40,297 bases of DNA from Burkholderiales bacterium (GCA_026125595.1 JAHCKV010000001.1:1-40297); one strand, 5' to 3'. Positions 1 through 13,511 are shown, counted from the stretch's first letter. Program-made: numbers and translations. The notes: generated from the sequence alone by a model not told the origin.

Positions 1-89
1 GGGACGCCCTGCTGTTGGGCGTGCACGCCGGCGGACCCGATCAGGGCCGCGACGATGGAAACGACGACGAAGGGATGACGCAGCAGCAT
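1..89 (-). CDS. 5' end of a gene for an exported protein (continues beyond the left edge)
   Basis: Reverse-strand ATG at 89..87 with GAGGA about 9 nt upstream. It reads MLLRHPFVVVSIVAALIGSAGVHA/QQQGV, a basic n-region, hydrophobic core and VHA-type cleavage site. Only 29 codons are visible. Confidence 0.4.
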   Translation of the reverse strand, partial: MLLRHPFVVVSIVAALIGSAGVHAQQQGV

Positions 90-199
90 GGGTTCGGATC
101 CTCAGGGCGTGACGCCGGTTTGCGCGGAGGCGGGAGTGTACGCGCCCCCGCACCCGGGAAAAAACACCCGGCACGAAGGATTGCGCACGGCGCCCGCGA

Positions 200-1609
200 T
201 CAGACGGTCGGCGGCCGGCGTTCGAACCACCGTGTCGCCTGCTCGAACGCCCAGGCCAGCTCCAGCACACCGCGGTCGGCCAGATGGGGGCCGACGATCT
301 GCAACCCCACGGGCAGACCGGACGCGCTGAACCCCGCGGGAACCGACAGCGCCGGCAATCCCGTGGCGGAGATCAGATAGCAGGACTTCATCCAGTCGAG
401 ATAGGTTTCCAGCCGCTGACCGGCGATCTCGGTCGGATACTCGACATTCACGTCGAACGGCAGCACCTGCACGACCGGGCAGACCAGATAGTCGTAGCGA
501 TCGAAGAACGCCCGCATCCGGTGGAACAGCTCGGTGCGCTGGCGCTCGGCCCGGGCGATGTCGGCGCCGGAAAGCCGCTGGCCCTCCTCGGCATTCCAGA
601 TCACGGTCTGCTTGAACTGATCGCGATGCTTGCGGATCAGGTCACCATGCTGCGAATCGAAGAACCACGCGCGCAGCACGCGGAAGATCGCATCGGCGTC
701 GCGCAGGTCGGGCGTTGCCGCCTCGACGGTGCAGCCAAGGTCTTCGAACACCGGCACCGCGCGATCGAGCGTTTCGAGCACCGCCGGCTCGAACGGCAGT
801 CCGCCGAGATCGCGACTCCACGCGATGCGCTTGCCCTTCAGGTCGGTCGCCAACGGCGGCGCGAAATCCGCGCCGGGCCGGTGCACGGAAATCGGCACCC
901 GCGGATCGGGACCGGCCGTGGCCGACAGCATCAGCGCGATGTCTTCGACCGTCCGCGCCATCGGCCCGACGATGCCGAGCGTGTACCACGCGTGTTGCGA
1001 AGGCCACGCCGGCACCACGCCGGGAGAACCGCGAAATCCGACGACGTTGCAGAAGCTCGCCGGATTGCGCAGCGAGCCGCCGAGATCGCTGCCGTCGGCC
1101 AGCGGCACCATGCCGCACGCCAATGCCACAGCCGCGCCGCCGCTGGAACCTCCGCACGTGCGCGACGGATCCCACGGATTGCGGGTCGCGCCGAACACGG
1201 TGTTGAAGGTCTGGGAGCCGGCGCCGAACTCCGGCGTATTGGTCTTGCCGACGGTGACGGCGCCGGCGGCTTTCAGGCGCTCCACCAGCACGGTGTCCTG
1301 ATCGGGGATGAAATCGGCGAACAGCGGCGAACCGAACGTCGTGCGCACGCCGCGGGTCAGCGCGAGATCTTTATGGGCCACGGGCAGCCCGGCCAGCACA
1401 CCGACCGGTTCGCCACGCGACAGTTTCCCGTCGATGGTCCGGGCATCCGCTTCGGCCCCCTCGAAGGTACGCGTGACCATGGCGTTGACGGCCGGGTCGA
1501 CACGCTCGATCTGCGCGATGTGGGCCTGCAGCACTTCGACGGCGGAAACTTCGCGCGCACGGACTCGTCGAGCCAGTTCGACCGCGGACAGGAAACAGAG
1601 ATCGGACAT
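200..1609 (-). CDS. Amidase (amidase-signature family, GatA-like)
   Basis: 469-aa ORF with the amidase-signature Gly/Ser block GGSSGGAAVALA and the upstream AHKDL..TTFGS segment typical of the Ser-cisSer-Lys family. Confidence 0.9.
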   Translation of the reverse strand: MSDLCFLSAVELARRVRAREVSAVEVLQAHIAQIERVDPAVNAMVTRTFEGAEADARTIDGKLSRGEPVGVLAGLPVAHKDLALTRGVRTTFGSPLFADFIPDQDTVLVERLKAAGAVTVGKTNTPEFGAGSQTFNTVFGATRNPWDPSRTCGGSSGGAAVALACGMVPLADGSDLGGSLRNPASFCNVVGFRGSPGVVPAWPSQHAWYTLGIVGPMARTVEDIALMLSATAGPDPRVPISVHRPGADFAPPLATDLKGKRIAWSRDLGGLPFEPAVLETLDRAVPVFEDLGCTVEAATPDLRDADAIFRVLRAWFFDSQHGDLIRKHRDQFKQTVIWNAEEGQRLSGADIARAERQRTELFHRMRAFFDRYDYLVCPVVQVLPFDVNVEYPTEIAGQRLETYLDWMKSCYLISATGLPALSVPAGFSASGLPVGLQIVGPHLADRGVLELAWAFEQATRWFERRPPTV

Positions 1610-1612
1610 GGG

Positions 1613-1969
1613 TCAGGACCGGAAGATGAAGTAGACGGCGCCAAGAATGCACAGGGCGGCCCACAGGTAGTCGAGCTTCAGCGGCTGGTGCATGTAGAAC
1701 ACCGCGAACGGCACGAACACCGACAGCGTGATGACTTCCTGCAGGATCTTCAGCTGCGGCAGGCTCAGCGTCGTGTAGCCGATGCGGTTGGCCGGCACCT
1801 GCAGCAGGTATTCGAACAGTGCGATGCCCCACGAGATCAGCGCCGCGATGAACCACGGCCGGTGCTGCATTTCCTTCAGGTGGGCGTACCACGCGAAGGT
1901 CATGAAGACGTTCGACAACGCCAGCAACAGCACGGCGGTGACCGCCGGTGGAAACGGTATCGCCATCAT
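1613..1969 (-). CDS. Small DMT-superfamily membrane protein (DUF486-like)
   Basis: 118-aa ORF with 4 predicted TM helices. The blocks NVFMTFAWYAHLK and FEYLLQVPANRIGY...QLKILQEVITL match the family as I recall it. It ends 3 nt before the amidase start. Confidence 0.75.
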   Translation of the reverse strand: MMAIPFPPAVTAVLLLALSNVFMTFAWYAHLKEMQHRPWFIAALISWGIALFEYLLQVPANRIGYTTLSLPQLKILQEVITLSVFVPFAVFYMHQPLKLDYLWAALCILGAVYFIFRS

Positions 1970-1971
1970 TC

Positions 1972-2418
1972 CTAGCCTCCGATGCCCCGCGCCATCAGGA
2001 TGGCCATCAGCGGCACGGCTGCCAGCAGCGCGAGTTCAATGCCGATCAGACGGCGGATGCGGACGATGTCCGCGCCCTTGAGCACGCGCATCTGGCCGGC
2101 GTTCAACGCGCGATTCCAGCGCAGGAACTGCAGCGTCGGCGGGATGGACACGAGACCGATCGCTGCGAACAGCGCCATCTTGATCCAGAAGACCGGGTTG
2201 GGCAGATAGAAGGCCGGCTCCTTCGAGAACCACAGCAGTCGCGCGAGTCCGGTGGCCAGTACCGCGACGGCCGCCGCCAGATAACCGAGATCGAGACGGG
2301 TCAGCAGGCGGACGTGTCCCGGCTGCAGATGCTCGCTGCAGATGAAGAACTCTGCGGCGATGAATCCGGTCAGCGTGAGAATCGAGAGGATGTGCAGCCA
2401 GGCGATGATTGCTTCCAC
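1972..2418 (-). CDS. Integral membrane protein (DUF2214-like)
   Basis: 148-aa ORF with four hydrophobic helices, tightly packed (2 nt) upstream of the DUF486-like gene. The family call is from memory. Confidence 0.6.
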   Translation of the reverse strand: MEAIIAWLHILSILTLTGFIAAEFFICSEHLQPGHVRLLTRLDLGYLAAAVAVLATGLARLLWFSKEPAFYLPNPVFWIKMALFAAIGLVSIPPTLQFLRWNRALNAGQMRVLKGADIVRIRRLIGIELALLAAVPLMAILMARGIGG

Positions 2419-2606
2419 GGCGGCGATGATACCGATCCCCTCGCCGCAACGGGAAGAACGTGGCGCCCGGCCCGTGCTGGGCCGTCCGCACTACGGATCG
2501 ATCGTCCAGAGCCCGGCATCGCGTAACCCGGAACCGCCAACCTTGCGCATCGCCGCGCCCGACCGTCCTGCGGCGGATGAATGCGGCATCTCAAGGAGAC
2601 TCGACC

Positions 2607-3719
2607 ATGAAAACGATCGGTTTGCTGCGGTCCGCCGCGTTGCTGTACGGCGCTCTGGCGCTCGTTCCTCTGACCGTGCAGGCCACCGGCCTGCCGACAC
2701 TGGACGGCAACGCGCCCATCGTCATCGCCCACCGCGGCGCCAGCGGCTATCTGCCCGAACACACGCTGGGCGCCTATGAACTGGCGGTGCGGATGGGTGC
2801 CGACTACATCGAACCGGATCTGCAATTGACCCGCGACGGCCATCTGGTCGCCATGCACGACGACACGCTGGAGCGCACCACCAACGTCGCCGACCTGTTC
2901 GCGCAACGCAACGGCGGCTACGCGGTGTCGCAGTTCACGCTGGCGGAGATCAAGACGCTTACCGTGAAACCGGTGGGCACGGCGTCGATGAGCTATCCCG
3001 GATTCACGCCGGGGTCGGCAGAACCGTTCCGCGTGCCGACCTTCCAGGAAGTGATCGATATCGCGAAGGCGCAGAGCATCGCCACCGGGCGGACCATCGG
3101 CATCTATCCGGAAGCCAAGCAGGCGGACCCGGTCATGGAAGACAAGATCCTGCAGACCCTCGCCGCCAACGGCTACGGCAGCAGTACCGATGCCGTGTTC
3201 ATCCAGTCCTTCAGCGAAGCGACCGTGCGCAGCCTGGACCAGAAACAGCAGGCCGAAGGCATGGATCTGCCGCTCGTGCTGCTGGGTGCCGCGGTAACGA
3301 TCGACGTCGGCGGGCAGACGACGCCGATGATGGGGGTCAGCGGTCCGTCGGGGAATGGCGTGCTGTCCCTCGCGGAAGTGGCGACGTTCGCGGATGGCGT
3401 CGGTGTCGTGATCGGTTACGAGGCCTTCGGATACGCGATCACGCAGGACTTCATCGATGCGGCCCACGCCGCGGGACTGCAAGTTCACGGCTGGACGTTC
3501 AACAAGGCCGACTGGACCAGCGCCAACGCCGAGTATCAGAAGTATCTTGCGATGGGCATGGACGGCGTGTTCTCGAACTATCCGGACCTGGCCGATTCAG
3601 CGCGCGACCAGTTCGTCAGCAGCGTGCCGGAACCGGCTTCCGTGGTCCTGATGGGACTGGGCCTCGCCGGGTTCGCCGCCATCGCACGGCGGAACGGGCG
3701 GATGCGACTTTCCCGCTGA
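2607..3719 (+). CDS. Glycerophosphodiester phosphodiesterase (GlpQ/UgpQ family) with signal peptide and C-terminal PEP-CTERM sorting tag
   Basis: ATG at 2607 preceded by AAGGAGA. The signal peptide is MKTIGLLRSAALLYGALALVPLTVQA. The GDPD motifs are IVIAHRGASGYLPEHT and YIEPDLQLTRDGHLVAMHD. The C-terminus VPEPASVVLMGLGLAGFAAIARRNGR has the pattern VPEP + TM helix + Arg cluster. The upstream part of ORF 2460.. is Arg/Pro-rich and is treated as a spurious extension. Confidence 0.85.
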   Translation: MKTIGLLRSAALLYGALALVPLTVQATGLPTLDGNAPIVIAHRGASGYLPEHTLGAYELAVRMGADYIEPDLQLTRDGHLVAMHDDTLERTTNVADLFAQRNGGYAVSQFTLAEIKTLTVKPVGTASMSYPGFTPGSAEPFRVPTFQEVIDIAKAQSIATGRTIGIYPEAKQADPVMEDKILQTLAANGYGSSTDAVFIQSFSEATVRSLDQKQQAEGMDLPLVLLGAAVTIDVGGQTTPMMGVSGPSGNGVLSLAEVATFADGVGVVIGYEAFGYAITQDFIDAAHAAGLQVHGWTFNKADWTSANAEYQKYLAMGMDGVFSNYPDLADSARDQFVSSVPEPASVVLMGLGLAGFAAIARRNGRMRLSR

Positions 3720-3742
3720 GCGCCTCCGGCACGATGCCTTCA

Positions 3743-5236
3743 TCACACGCCGCCGCGACGCCGCAGGCGTGGGCGGCGCATCAACTCCGGCGGTGTCCGG
3801 TACGTGCCCGGCGCGAGTATGGCGTAACGGATGTCGCGCAGCGGTGCGTGGTCGTTCAGCACGACCTTCGCCCCCAGGGTTTCGATGCCGAGGCGTGCAT
3901 AGAGTGCACCGAGATCGGGAAATCCGGTCGCGTCGACATGCCGGTCGTACAGTGTGACGAACACATCGGTACCGGATATCGCGTCGAACCGCTCCAGCAC
4001 CTGACGCGCGGTCCATTCGGGTTCCGGATCGAGGCAGCATGCGCCGAACCGTTCGAGCACCGTGTCGAGCGACTGGGCGCCGGCGGTCCGCTCACGCAGC
4101 GCGACATCGCCCAACAGCAGGATCGCCGCACCGGCGTTGTAGACCCGCATGTAGCCGTCACGCACCATCCTGCGTGAAGCCTGCGTGAGCGTGGTGCGGC
4201 TGTTCGCCGCGATATCCCCGCCGCGCAGGAACGCCGCGTGCATCCGTCGCCAGGTCTCTTCGGGCGACACCGCACCACTGCGCGCGCGGGACAGGTGCTG
4301 GTAGTAGGTCGCCACCCCTTCGTACAGCCAGGCGTCGCCGGACACGACGAACGGCAGAAACAGGTGCGACAGTTCGTGCGCAGCGGTCCAGTCGTCGACG
4401 AACTCGCGCAACGGGCGCCGCGCATTGACCGAGAAATGTACCGCGCCGGCACCGCCGCGCAGCACATAGGCGTTGGGCGTCGGTTCGGTGCCGCCGGCAC
4501 CCGGCAGCACGAGCACCTGCACGTCCTGCACCGGAAAGCGGCCATAGACCGCCGCGACCGACCGCGCGGCATCGTCGACCCACCGGATCAGATCGTCCCG
4601 CTTGCGCGGTTCGAGCCCACCGAGCACTGCCACACGCAGCGTCGCACCCGGGACGGTCACCGCAATTTCCTCGAAGCCGCCGAACGCCACCGACGCTGGC
4701 CGCTGCGCGGCGTCCGGACCGATGCGATAGGTCGGCGGACCGGATGCGGCCGCCCTGGGTGGCCACGGCGCGGACACGGCGATCCCCGGCGGCAGCCGGA
4801 ACGTGATGTCGATGGGCGCGGCGTCGCCGGACGCGACCGGGCGCCACAGCCACAACCCGACTTCGGTGCGCAGATCGGGGCCGACACGGCGCGTGACGGC
4901 GCCGGAGAACATCGCGGGCGCCGCATCTTCGATCAGCTCCACGTCGTAGCGGACACACGCATCCGCCATTCCCGCCGGCAGCCGCAGCACCGGTCCGTCG
5001 GGATGCAGCGGGGTGTGCCCGGATTCGATCCAGCCGGCGCGAAAGGCGGCAACGGCCGTGGAGGCCGGCGCGATCAGCCGACCAGGCAAGGCGCCTTCGA
5101 AACAGGCTCTGACCTGCAGTGTCGTCAGATCGGGGGCTACGGTAACTTCGTAGCGATGCACGCGCTCGGCGGCGAATGCGGGGAGCGGCGCCGACAACAA
5201 CGCTGACAGACCGACGACCGCCGCGATGCGACGCAT
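3743..5236 (-). CDS. Secreted zinc metallopeptidase (HExxH gluzincin-type, M1/M61-like)
   Basis: 497-aa ORF with signal peptide MRRIAAVVGLSALLSAPLPAFA. It has the HELSH motif followed by WLYEGVATYY, the third-ligand Glu context of gluzincins. Confidence 0.65.
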   Translation of the reverse strand: MRRIAAVVGLSALLSAPLPAFAAERVHRYEVTVAPDLTTLQVRACFEGALPGRLIAPASTAVAAFRAGWIESGHTPLHPDGPVLRLPAGMADACVRYDVELIEDAAPAMFSGAVTRRVGPDLRTEVGLWLWRPVASGDAAPIDITFRLPPGIAVSAPWPPRAAASGPPTYRIGPDAAQRPASVAFGGFEEIAVTVPGATLRVAVLGGLEPRKRDDLIRWVDDAARSVAAVYGRFPVQDVQVLVLPGAGGTEPTPNAYVLRGGAGAVHFSVNARRPLREFVDDWTAAHELSHLFLPFVVSGDAWLYEGVATYYQHLSRARSGAVSPEETWRRMHAAFLRGGDIAANSRTTLTQASRRMVRDGYMRVYNAGAAILLLGDVALRERTAGAQSLDTVLERFGACCLDPEPEWTARQVLERFDAISGTDVFVTLYDRHVDATGFPDLGALYARLGIETLGAKVVLNDHAPLRDIRYAILAPGTYRTPPELMRRPRLRRRGGV

Positions 5237-5258
5237 GGGAATGCGCGCGCGCCGGATT

Positions 5259-5921
5259 TCAGCGGCCGGGCAAGTACCGGGTGTCGTCGAAGCTGCCGAC
5301 CCAGCGCGGCCGGTACACGACCATGACGGTGATCACCATGCCGGTGAGCGTCGCCTCGGCGAAGGCCAGCAACAGGCAATAGGGCAGCAGTTGTTCGGCC
5401 AGCATCGCGACGTCGGGTTCACCGCGCCACGCGACGAGCGCAGCGCTGGCGATGCTCGACGCGCCCATCGCGAGTGCCGATCCGAGGAACGCGGAAACGA
5501 AGATGAACACGAAGAAATGTCGCGGCAGCCGCCGCTCGGCGAGATGCAGCGTGAGCTGGCTCAACAGCACCGGCATCGCCGCCAGCAACAGCAGCGTCAG
5601 CGGCAGCAATTCTCCGGACAGGCGCCCGGTGAGCGTCAGCAGCAACGCGGCGACGGCCACGGCCACCATTGCCAGCTGCGGACCGAACATCAACGTCACG
5701 ACCGTCGCACCCAGCAGGTGAAACCGGATTCCCGGCGTCGGCGGCTGGAGACACCAGATCAGCGTCAGGGCGACGCAGGTGCCCAGCCACAGATGGCTGC
5801 TCGCGTTGTCACGCAAACGGCGCCATGGCGCGGTGCGGACGATCCAGCCACCGAGGGTCGCGCAGGCCAGCCAAGCCATGTTCAGCCAGCTGGAGGGAAC
5901 GGCAGTGGTCGAAAGGTCCAT
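5259..5921 (-). CDS. Polytopic membrane protein (possibly CbiM/ECF-permease-like)
   Basis: ATG at 5921 (MDLSTTAVPSSWLNMAWL...) avoids overlap with metH. About 6 hydrophobic helices. The upstream 59 codons of the ORF track entry are Arg/Trp-rich and overlap the metH 3' end. The function is tentative. Confidence 0.55.
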   Translation of the reverse strand: MDLSTTAVPSSWLNMAWLACATLGGWIVRTAPWRRLRDNASSHLWLGTCVALTLIWCLQPPTPGIRFHLLGATVVTLMFGPQLAMVAVAVAALLLTLTGRLSGELLPLTLLLLAAMPVLLSQLTLHLAERRLPRHFFVFIFVSAFLGSALAMGASSIASAALVAWRGEPDVAMLAEQLLPYCLLLAFAEATLTGMVITVMVVYRPRWVGSFDDTRYLPGR

Positions 5922-5991
5922 GGATCGTGACAGTCTGGCTGCGGTTTCCGCTGACGCGAGTGTGGACCCGACACACCTGCGCCGGCAAGCC

Positions 5992-9712
<3,721 letters not shown>

Positions 9713-9714
<2 letters not shown>

Positions 9715-9748
9715 AACGAAAAAGCCCGAACGCTGAAGCGGTCGGGCT
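9713..9748 (-). terminator. Rho-independent terminator-like hairpin directly abutting the metH start
   Basis: The reverse strand reads AGCCCGACCGC-ttca-GCGTTCGGGCT, 10 bp with 1 mismatch, followed by TTTTTCGTTTT. It lies downstream of the AAA+ ATPase gene and immediately 5' of the metH RBS. Confidence 0.6.
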
Positions 9749-9821
9749 GGCCGAGCGCTTTAGCGGAATTTGTTACGCGCCCGCAAGCTGCTGCTTCAAA
9801 TCGGCGCGATGAATGCGCCGA

Positions 9822-9850
9822 AAACTACCGCCGGGCGTGGGATGTGTCAA
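9822..9850 (-). promoter_or_regulatory. Candidate sigma70 promoter for metH
   Basis: The reverse strand reads TTGACA (9850..9845), then 17 nt, then TAGTTT (9827..9822). The -35 is perfect and the -10 is partial. Confidence 0.3.
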
Positions 9851-9857
9851 TTCGGCG

Positions 9858-11438
9858 TCACGCGGCCCCACCCAGCGCCACGCCGGCAACCGGTTCGTCG
9901 TGGGCCATCACGGCGCGTCCACGCGCCCAGGCCCGCAGCGCGGTGATGCGTTCCGCGGCGACCACCGACAGCGGACGCGTGCGCTGCAGTTCGTCGAGCA
10001 GTCCTTCGGTCTGCAGGGGCTGCCCGGCCCCGTGGCTCGCGTACAGCCCGGAAATCACCAGTTGCTCGATCTCGGCGCCGGAGAATCCTTCCGCGGCGGC
10101 CGCGAGCCGCGACAGATCGAAATTCGCCGGATCGGCGCCCCGGCGCATGAGGTGAATCCGGAAGATCTCGGCGCGTGCTTGCGGGTCCGGCAAATCCACG
10201 AAGAAGATCTCGTCGATCCGCCCCTTGCGCATCAGTTCCGGCGGCAGATCCTGGATCGCGTTCGCTGTGGCCACGAGGAACACGGCGCTCTTGCGCTCCG
10301 CCATCCAGGTCAGCAGCGCGCCCAGCATGCGCCGCGACAGTCCACCGTCGGAGTCCCCGCCGCCTTCGCTGCTGGCGAACGCCTTCTCGATCTCGTCGAT
10401 CCACAACACACACGGCGCCATGCGCTCCGCATGCTGCAGGGCGTCGCGCAGACTGCGCTCGGTCTCGCCGATCCATTTGCTGTAGAGGGCTCCCGCGTCG
10501 AGCCGCAACAATGGCACGCGCCAGGCGCCAGCCACCGCGCGCGCGGCGAGACTCTTGCCGGAGCCCTGCACGCCGACCAGCAGCATGCCTTTCGGGGATT
10601 CGAGGCCGGGAGCCTGGCCGAGAAACGCGGCGCGCCGAAGATTGAGCCAACGCTTGAGCGCGGCGGCGCCGGCCATGTCTTCGAGCCGCGCGACGTCCAG
10701 TTCGAGAGAGATTGCCGCCGCCGCACCGAGTGCGTTCTGCTTCTGCTTCGACACGCGCGCGAGGTCCGACAGCGTGATGGCACCGTCATCGTGAATCGCC
10801 TGCCGCACCAGCCGGCGGGCATCGTCGGCGCTGAGCCCGGCGAGTTGCTGGATCAGCAGATCGACCGCTTCACGCTGACCGCGCACCGGCGTGTCCTCGC
10901 GATAGGCATAGTCGTCCAGCTCTTCCTTGACGATGGCCCGCAGCGCCGGCATGTCGGGCATCGCCATCTGCAGCCGGGCCGTCATCCGCGACAGATCCTC
11001 GGGCAGTTCGAGCCGGTGGCTGACGAACACGACGGTCTTGCGATCCTTCGCGTGGTTGTGCGCGATGTTCTTGATCAGCCGCAGATGCAGCGGATCGGCA
11101 AGAAAGGGATGGAAATCGACGAGCGCGTACAGCCCGTTCTGCGGCGTCGCGTGGATATGTCGCAGGACCGAGGCCGGATCCCGGGTTTCCGGCACGGTGT
11201 CGGTCCGCCCGCGCCGCTTCAATCCCTCGGCCAGATTCCAGACGAAGAGCGGCTGCGTCTCGAGGTTGCCGACGCGCTCCAGCAGGTCGAGTACCCGCAG
11301 CTCTTCGAACGATTCCACCGCCACCAGAGGAAACCGCGACCGCAGCGCGACCTTCAGATCGCGTTCGTCGCTCACCGGATCACCGCGGCGTGCGTCGTGG
11401 GGCAGCAGGCGGGACGCAGCGGTCGAGGCCGCAACCAC
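9858..11438 (-). CDS. AAA+ family ATPase (single C-terminal AAA module)
   Basis: 526-aa ORF with Walker A GVQGSGKS, Walker B VLWIDEIEKAF, a second region of homology with the arginine finger context (ATANAIQDLPPELMRKGRIDE), and an N-terminal non-ATPase domain. Confidence 0.85.
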   Translation of the reverse strand: MVAASTAASRLLPHDARRGDPVSDERDLKVALRSRFPLVAVESFEELRVLDLLERVGNLETQPLFVWNLAEGLKRRGRTDTVPETRDPASVLRHIHATPQNGLYALVDFHPFLADPLHLRLIKNIAHNHAKDRKTVVFVSHRLELPEDLSRMTARLQMAMPDMPALRAIVKEELDDYAYREDTPVRGQREAVDLLIQQLAGLSADDARRLVRQAIHDDGAITLSDLARVSKQKQNALGAAAAISLELDVARLEDMAGAAALKRWLNLRRAAFLGQAPGLESPKGMLLVGVQGSGKSLAARAVAGAWRVPLLRLDAGALYSKWIGETERSLRDALQHAERMAPCVLWIDEIEKAFASSEGGGDSDGGLSRRMLGALLTWMAERKSAVFLVATANAIQDLPPELMRKGRIDEIFFVDLPDPQARAEIFRIHLMRRGADPANFDLSRLAAAAEGFSGAEIEQLVISGLYASHGAGQPLQTEGLLDELQRTRPLSVVAAERITALRAWARGRAVMAHDEPVAGVALGGAA

Positions 11439-11633
11439 GGCGACGGAGACGCACGGTAGAGATGACTCATGGAGCGACCATTGGTGGGGAACATCCTGGG
11501 ACGGGACCGGGTGATCTCGGTCGGCGTATCGCTATCGACAGCGGCGCGCCGAACCTTTAGGCGCCGCCGGAACGGGCGCGGCGGTCCGGGCTTCGGATCG
11601 TCGCCCATGTCCGACGAACGGGCGTCGCGGAAC

Positions 11634-13131
11634 TCAGATGGCGGCCGGTCGCCGGTACTGGATCGCTTCGGCCACATGGTTGGCAAGTACGGTCTCGGCG
11701 CCGGCCAGGTCTGCGACCGTGCGCGCCACCTTCAGGATCCGGTGATAGCCCCGCGCCGACAATCCGAGCTGTTCGAGGGCACGGCTCAGCAACGCCTGGC
11801 CTTTCGCATCGGGCGCGGCGTGGCGGTCGATCTCGGCCGGATCGAGTTGCCCGTTCGGCTTGCGTTGCCGCGCCAGTTGCCGATCCCGGGCTGCCGTCAC
11901 GCGCTGCCGCACGACGGCCGACGTCTCGCCGATCGTGCGGTCCGTCAGCGCCGCTTCCGGTACGGCCGGCACTTCGATCCGCAGATCGATCCGGTCGAGC
12001 AGCGGACCCGACAGGCGTTGACGATAGCGCGCCACCTGGTCCGGCGTGCAGCGGCAGCGCCCGTCGAAATGGCCGAAGTAGCCGCAGGGGCACGGGTTCA
12101 TCGCGGCAACGAGCTGGAAACGCGCCGGGAATCGCGCCTGCCGCGCCGCGCGGGAGATGCTGATGACGCCGGACTCCAGCGGCTCGCGCAGGACTTCGAG
12201 CACGTTGCGATCGAACTCCGGCAGTTCGTCGAGGAACAGCACGCCGGCATGCGCCATCGAGATCTCACCCGGCCGCGGGTTGCGCGCCGCCGCCCACCAG
12301 CGCCACGGCCGAGGCGGTGTGGTGCGGTGCCCGATAGGGTCGGCGTTTCCAGCGCTGCAGATCGAATCCGCCCGGGGCCAGCGACTGCATGGCGGCGGAT
12401 TCCAGCGCCTCGGTTTCGGTCATCGGCGGCAGCAATCCGGGGAACCGCTCGGCCAGCATGGTCTTGCCGCTGCCGGGCGGACCGATCATCAGCACGGCGT
12501 GGTGACCGGCGGCCGCAACTTCCAGAGCGCGCTTGGCCTGCGCCTGCCCTTTCACATCCGCGAGATCGGGATAGTGACCGTCAATGCCGTCCGCTGTCCG
12601 TTGGGTCTGCGACAACGGTTCGACACCGCTCAGGTGAGCACATACTTCGAGAAGGGTTCCGGCACCGAGGACCTGGGCACCGGGCACCAGCGCAGCCTCG
12701 GGCGCGCTGGCCGACGGCAGCACGAATGCACGGCCATCGTGATGGGCCCGGAACGTCATCGCCAGCGCCCCGCGCACCGGCCGTAATGCGCCCGTTAGCG
12801 CCAACTCACCGGCAAACTCATGACGGTCCAGCAGGCCGTCGGGAATCTGCTTGGACGCCGCGAGGATCCCCAGCGCGATGGGCAGATCGAACCGACCGCT
12901 TTCCTTCGGCAGATCGGCGGGTGCCAGATTGACCGTGATCCGCCGCGCGGGGAACTCGAATCCGCAGTTCTGAATGGCAGCGCGGACCCGATCCTTGGCT
13001 TCCTTCACTTCGGTATCGGGCAGACCGACGATCGTGAAACTGGGCAGTCCATTGGCCAGATGCACTTCGACGGCAACCGGCGGCGCATCCATGCCCGCCA
13101 GCGCCCGACTGCGGAGCACGGCGAGGCCCAT
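11634..13131 (-). pseudogene. comM: comM/yifB (Mg-chelatase-like ATPase) interrupted by a +1 frameshift
   Basis: Two adjacent ORFs (12265..13131 and 11634..12257) together give a full YifB/ComM. The parts are an N-terminal Lon-protease-like domain (ITVNLAPADLPKESGRFDLPIALGILAAS), Walker A GPPGSGKT, then in a different frame PRPGEISMAHAGVLFLDELPEF, and a C-terminal domain. The total of 1498 nt is one nt more than a multiple of three. The shift maps to about 12282-12285 (GGCGGCGGCGCGCAACCCGCGG on the reverse strand). Confidence 0.8.
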
Positions 13132-13175
13132 CCCGATGGCCCGTGGGCGGTTCGCGAAGGGGACCGGGATATCGG

Positions 13176-13430
13176 TCAGTGGCCCGATTCGTTGCCGGAT
13201 TCGAGAGCGGCCACGCGGCGCTCCAGCGCTTCGAGTTGTTCCCGGGTTCTCGCCAGCACCCGCGTCTGCGCATCGAACTCCTCGCGCGTCACCAGATCGA
13301 GCTTCGCGAACTGACTGGCCAGCAAAGCGCGGAAGTTGCGCTCCAGATCGGCGGCCGGCGTCTGCGCCGCCATCGTCCGCAAACGGCGGGCAACCTCATC
13401 AAGAAATGACCACGGCGTGCTGCGCGTCAT
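13176..13430 (-). CDS. ubiK: UbiK/YqiC-family accessory factor (coiled-coil)
   Basis: ATG at 13430 gives 84 aa, MTRSTPWSFLDEVARRL...ADLERNFRALLASQFAKLDLVTREEFDAQTRVLARTREQLEALERRVAALE, which matches the family pattern. The longer ORF-track start at 13574 lies in AT-rich promoter DNA. Confidence 0.75.
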   Translation of the reverse strand: MTRSTPWSFLDEVARRLRTMAAQTPAADLERNFRALLASQFAKLDLVTREEFDAQTRVLARTREQLEALERRVAALESGNESGH

Positions 13431-13511
13431 GGCACCTGCTCCTCGCGAATGGACCGCGGCAGTGTAACAAACGCACTTCGCGCCCTTCGGCTCATGGACC
13501 CTAACTTTGAT

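Noticed and set aside
140-199. Possible terminator after the amidase gene (CCGGG-aaaaaaca-CCCGG)
   Set aside because: The stem is only 5 bp and the A/T run lies in the loop rather than after the stem, so this is not a convincing intrinsic terminator.
9715-9857. SAH riboswitch or cobalamin riboswitch upstream of metH
   Set aside because: I found no match to the conserved SAH core (GAGGAGCGCUGC ... CAACGGCGCUCA as I recall it) and no B12-box. Only generic hairpins are present. A covariance-model scan would be needed to be sure.
9858-13131. AAA+ ATPase plus ComM-like ATPase as a possible defence or novel ATPase system
   Set aside because: Both belong to widespread housekeeping-type families, and the ubiK-comM neighbourhood is conserved core synteny. 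No nuclease, methylase, toxin-like or other defence-associated partner is adjacent.
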